NCBI GenBank assembly: GCA_001949185.1
Contig: BDGG01000001.1
Span: 1,608,263 to 1,672,262, forward strand
DNA length: 64,000 nt
From: Ramazzottius varieornatus
Taxonomy: Eukaryota; Animalia; Tardigrada
Reading direction: 5' to 3'
Part shown: positions 56,521-64,000 of the stretch, piece by piece
Layout: each line of letters opens with the position of its first letter
How positions within the stretch are numbered: position 1 is the stretch's first letter
Position numbers and translations under genes: made by a program
The notes under the pieces: model-generated
What the model saw: the letters and a program-made list of their open reading frames with translations, nothing else
Databases searched by the model: none
What the model was told of the DNA's origin: nothing

Positions 56521-59500
56521 TCAAGACATCTCCAGAATTTCTATTAGACCTTGACTGTTCGCCGCGACCAGAACATTTGAATCCTAGAAATCAGGTACCA
56601 AAGTCAAAACACACTATGCTTCATATATGTCACCCAAAGAAATGCAAAAACTCACCTTCTTCCAAGCCACGGCACTTAAAAATTCCCCGCCGTCCGTCTT
56701 CATCAGGGTTCGCGCTAAAGACTCTCTGGGCGCCTCGAATTTGTACATAACCGCCGGCTTAGGCATGGCGCGATGATAGACACACAAAGAGTTGTTCTCG
56801 CTTCCTGAAAGATAAGGGCGTCACATAGACAAGTCGAAGAATAGATTTCCCCTTCACACACGTGTTTCGAACATTCCCCAAAAATTGTATCGGTATTTGA
56901 GTTTGAAGACGAATCTTCTGCGTTGGAATAGAAATGGACGAATCCTCCACCTACCTGTGGCGATGTAGTTGCCGGAGCAGTCCAAGCCGACAAAGTTCTT
57001 CTCGTTGTGATGGCCGGTAAAAGTCTTCAAGGTGGTGGCGCCACCAGTCGCCTTGAGGTCCCACAGGCGGAGTGTGGAGTCCGTCGAGGCCGACACCAGC
57101 TCCCACTCCGTCATGAACTTGACGTAAGCCACGGCCTTCTTGTGGTTCTTGAGAACTGAGTAGGCATAGCGAGTGTTACGCAAGTCATACACGTGGATGG
57201 AATGATCTGTAGAAGACAAGAAGACGGAGTTTAATAGACCATCATCATCGCGCGACAGCAAGTATGATAGGACGCGGACAGCACTGAGTTTTATGGGTTG
57301 TGGCTCATTGAGAACCAAAACCGTCATGACCATGGTGGTACAAAGTGCAAGCTCTCACCGGCTGAACCATAAGCTAGGATGTGGCGGTTTTGCGGGCTAA
57401 ACTGGACGCAGCAAACGTTGGCTTTGGCGTCTAAACTGTTGATGGAATGCGGAGTGTCGGTCGACCAAATGTACACCTTCATGTCATCTGAGCCAGAAGC
57501 CAGCAGTTTCGGATCACAGTGGTTGAAGTCGACGGACCAAGCGCGCTTTTGATGCTCCTGAAACACAGAAAAATAACTAACATCACTTCCTTGTTCCGCC
57601 GAAATTTTCAATCCCAATTCTTAATTTAGTTTTGCGGTTACCCTTGCATCTTTGGATTCGCTTTTCGTATCATAATTTTTTGATCAGAATTTCAATGAAA
57701 CGAGATTTCGCTTCGAATTTTAGAGACCAAGGCGAACAAAACTCGACAAGACTGTTATCTAGGTGGCGCAAGCTTCCAGCAAATAAGACTGGAAACGTGC
57801 GCCACTTGGGAAACAACTCTTGTCGACTTTGTTTGCCGAGCTCCCGTTCACGGCGATTTCGTTTCTGAGGGTGGAAAGGAATCACGAGCGAGGTTTTCGT
57901 ACCTGAAAAGTATTGGTTTTCTTGCTAGTGATGGCATCCCACACCGTGATGCCGCCATCGTAGTCTGCACAAGCGATATGGTTGCGCATGAAGTCGTTCC
58001 ACACCACCGAGCTGATCTTGGCCGACGAGTTCATTTCAGCCAACGGGAAATGCGAGTGCATGCCTTCCGCTACGATGGAGTTGTAGTTGTAGATCTTAAT
58101 GCGCTTGCTGACTCCCGCCACGGCGAACAGCTCGTAATCCTTGTCAAACTCCACGGAAGAAACGATGGTCGAAGTGCCCACTGCGTCGGCAAAGGCAAAA
58201 GCTGCCAGACAGCGCACCGAATTGGCGCTGGTGAACTCGTGAAGATTCTTCTCGTACGTTTCCAATCCTGAAACAGAAAAACACCACAGATGAACCCCAC
58301 TGACCATCAAGTAAACCTCCAGAATCATCCAAGATCGATTTCGCGACCGAGAACTTGTCTGAGAAGACACTATGGGAGTTCGGCGAATAACCTAACAGTA
58401 TTATTCTACCTAGTGGCGCGTTTTTGCGGTCTTATTGGCTGAAAGGATGCGCCACTTGGAAAACGATGTTATCGAGTTTGTTTACCCAAGTCAGGAACAA
58501 GGAAGTAAATTGACAGCCAATCAAAGGATATTCCCAAATCAATCAGCAATACATTGAGTGAGCTACAGCCGATTCGTCACCCCGCACCTCCGTATATTCT
58601 GAAGTCGGAACGGAGTTCTTACCGCATTTTTCGCGCATTTCCACGTAAGTGTCACACAAGGCATTGAGATTCAAGTTGACTTTCGTCTTGCGATCACGGA
58701 GTGCGGGGCTGGAAGCAGCCTTCTGGAAGACGTGGCTGGAGGAGGCAGATGAGGTAGGAGTCAGCTGGCCAGCGCTGTCCATCAGACTGGACATGGGAAA
58801 GACATCTTCAGGAACCGTCTGAGGGTTGGGAGTGACAGGGGTAACGTCTGGAAGAGCCAGAGACGACTGCGCCGAAGGCTCGCGGATGCTGGCCAGTTCT
58901 TCGGTAACCACCTTCTGGTCCGCCTCGATGAGCGACAGCTGCTTCTGAATTTCGGCCAGCTCCTGTAAAAAATTCGTAAACCATCAGGAATACACACTTT
59001 CAGACAACGTCATATCTGACGGAAAGATTGTATGGGCAGCAAAAAGAGAACATGAGGACGAAAATTTATCGTCATTTTGCTACGATTATTTATTTATTTC
59101 TATTTCTAAATAAATCAGTCAGTGCTGTACTTACGGCAGCCTTCATACTGCGCAACTTTTCCAGCGTGTCTCCCAACAGAAGCTTGCGAAAGACAATATC
59201 ACTCTGCAGGAAGAAAAAAACTATGAGATACCCGAGCGTATGGAATTAATTATATCTTGAAAATGTCCGATACTTACAGTAATCAGATCATTTTTGCGAC
59301 GGTTGAGAGAATTGATGATGCAGTCAATCTGCTCCACCGTCGCTTCCCGGTCGACGACGACGATGGGCGTTCCGTGGCCTTCTCCCACAAACTCGGTGAC
59401 GGTTCGCTGACGCTACAATCAAACAAAGTACTCGTTTAGCCGCTAAAACGGTATGCAACTCAGCAGGCGCGATGATCGAAAATACCTTGTGAGAGTTGGA

Positions 59501-60525
59501 AGGGAACGCGGGCGACATCCCCGTCTTCTTCTCCACTGTCAGCTTCCATCGTGTCCATCGAGTGACCAGTGAATCGACTACACAATGGTAAAGGTAAATT
59601 GTACGCAGGTCGAGATCGTGACAAGAGAAAAAAAAGCAGAAGGATTCCGATGCATCTGGGACGCTTACCGTGCAGGTTGACGTAAGCAGCACTCAAGTCG
59701 CGCAGCTCAGTGGAGCACATGGGGCACTTCTTGCTGTGCTGGCAAATCTGGGCTAAGCAATCATGACTAAAGAAAAAGAATGGTCACCATAGAGTAGCGG
59801 GGAAGAGTAATTGATCCGAAGTTCCGAACGGTGTTTTGAAACTTATAGAACCAAAAACGAGCACAGTTTTCCATAAGAGCACACGCACGATTTGCAGTCA
59901 GTCCAAAATAACCATCGATTCCACAGCACATCCTTCGAAACCTGAACTCACCAGAAAGTGTGTCCGCACTTTGCGAGGTAAGGCATCTTGAAAATATCAC
60001 GGCAAACAGGACTGCAGGAAGAAACAGGGTAACGTTAGATTGAAAGAAGATCCAAATACCACCGAAGAATACGATCAGCTGTTCAGTCTTGCACGCATAA
60101 CAGTTCAAGTCACGCGTGATGCCGTAGAGTGCAATGCAAAGTCAAGCACAGACCATGACGTCATGGTCGACCTGTAAAAACTTCGAACTAAAATCATGAA
60201 TATTGGAATGCACAAACCAAGTCAAGTCCTCCTCATCACAGGGGCTTGTCTCCGCGCAGATTTCTTCCAAGGCTCGTTTGAAAGACCCGACATCGCTTAT
60301 CTCAACCGATTCGACAAACGTGGAATCCATGGAAGAAACGGCAGAGGAAGAGGCACCAGAAGCAGAGTTGGACGATGGGAAGATGGCTGACATGGCAGCT
60401 CCGTCTGTCAGATCTCCTCGCTCGTCCATCGTGATGTCCGCGTGGTAAGAAGATGGGACTGGAGTCAGTGCACGTCTACGCTTGTTGGGTGTTCGGGAGA
60501 TCCCTTGTTCCGCTTCCTGAGACAT
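56521..60525 (-). CDS. COP1: E3 ubiquitin ligase COP1 (RING, coiled coil, WD40)
   Basis: RING CPVC...CGHTFC..C...CPMC; [26 protein letters not shown]; [11 protein letters not shown]; LASGSDD; [10 protein letters not shown]; [12 protein letters not shown]; [11 protein letters not shown]; [15 protein letters not shown]. Confidence 0.96.
57731..57844. repeat. Palindromic dispersed element, COP1 intron
   Basis: AGGTGGCGCAA-N25-GTGCGCCACTTG with outer arms. Confidence 0.88.
58375..58490. repeat. Palindromic dispersed element, COP1 intron
   Basis: TAGTGGCGCGT-N25-ATGCGCCACTTG; spacer similar to copy 1. Confidence 0.85.
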
Positions 60526-61412
60526 CCTGAAGGTTGGAAGGGGAACTTAATCCTGAGAAAGACAAAGAGTTACGACAGAAGGCATTCAACCCTGTCAGAC
60601 GGGAATTCCTCTTGAGCAGGAAGTACTACAGTAGACCACAAAGATCCTCTCCCATCCAGGAACACTGGTTAGTAAGGAGAAGAAAGACAAACAGAAAATT
60701 CCCAGCTTCCTTCAAAGAAGCTGCACGTTGTGTTGTGAGGAAAACAATGACACCATTGTTCGCATAACGTCGTAACCGGATATCAATATTTTCATAATTA
60801 GGAGGCGGGCCGAAATGGGGTTCCCATCAGCCCTCAACCATTCACAAACCACACTCAGGGGAATTTTGGTGTTGTGGTCAATCAGCGTTTGTCCTTCCAG
60901 TCAAGCATTGCTTCGAACTCCGAAGGGATTCAAGGGAAACTTGGATGATGGGCTGGGAACTAAGAAGTTCCCTTCCGGGTTTGACCAATCTAAATCGATT
61001 CCTGGTGTTGCGCCTGGGCGTTCAGCGCTGTCCGCCGTTTATAGGGGTCCTACCGCTGTCTCATGTTAAGACAACGAAGTCGGCGTAGCGACTTCGTCGC
61101 TTTGAGCGGGCCAGTCTTGCCCTTTACGCCTACTGCAATATTCGCTTTTTGCTAGAAGCCAAACTTGAATTTTATTTTCGGATTTTCTAACCGTTGTGGA
61201 CGCTTCCACGCATCTCCTGACTCCTGATCCTCCAAACGTTCTTTCTTCCCGACATATCTAATAGTAATTAGTGTCTTTTGCAGAAACCATTGGATCAGCT
61301 GCACGGTCTGAACGGCAGCGTGGACGAGCAGCAGAGGAACGATCGTGATTGGATCTCTTTCGAAATCAGTCTTAGTATTTTCTAGGTGCCTTCTGCTCCA
61401 TCCAACATCAAT

Positions 61413-64000
<2,588 letters not shown>

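Overview
This is a gene-dense eukaryotic (animal) window with many short GT-AG introns, so most listed six-frame ORFs are exon fragments or antisense shadows. The gene set suggests an invertebrate with a compact genome (tardigrade-like is a guess that cannot be confirmed here). Confidently recognised genes are glycogenin, Nup85, ubiquitin-RPS27A, COX11, ZNF367-like, SSU72, GFAT, PGGT1B, U1A/U2B''/SNF, RPS2, COP1 and Polo/PLK1 (truncated by the window end). Less certain genes are a divergent COQ3-like methyltransferase, a GPI-anchored Ly6-like protein, three cilium/flagellum-type genes (ERICH3/FSIP2-motif, CCDC146-like, EFCAB10-like) and two unknown spliced genes. Mobile DNA includes a decayed two-gene PIF/Harbinger element nested in a second TIR element, two hAT MITEs with 8-bp TSDs, two TA-flanked MITEs and a foldback element spanning an N gap. 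The two most unusual signals are (1) a ~120-bp palindromic element at 10 loci, at least 9 of them intronic, with conserved arms around a usually 25-nt spacer, and (2) an 11-copy palindromic motif TTGGAnnTCCAA spread through the Harbinger body. No tRNA, rRNA or CRISPR array was seen. Exon boundaries were read by eye and family calls come from remembered motifs, not database searches.
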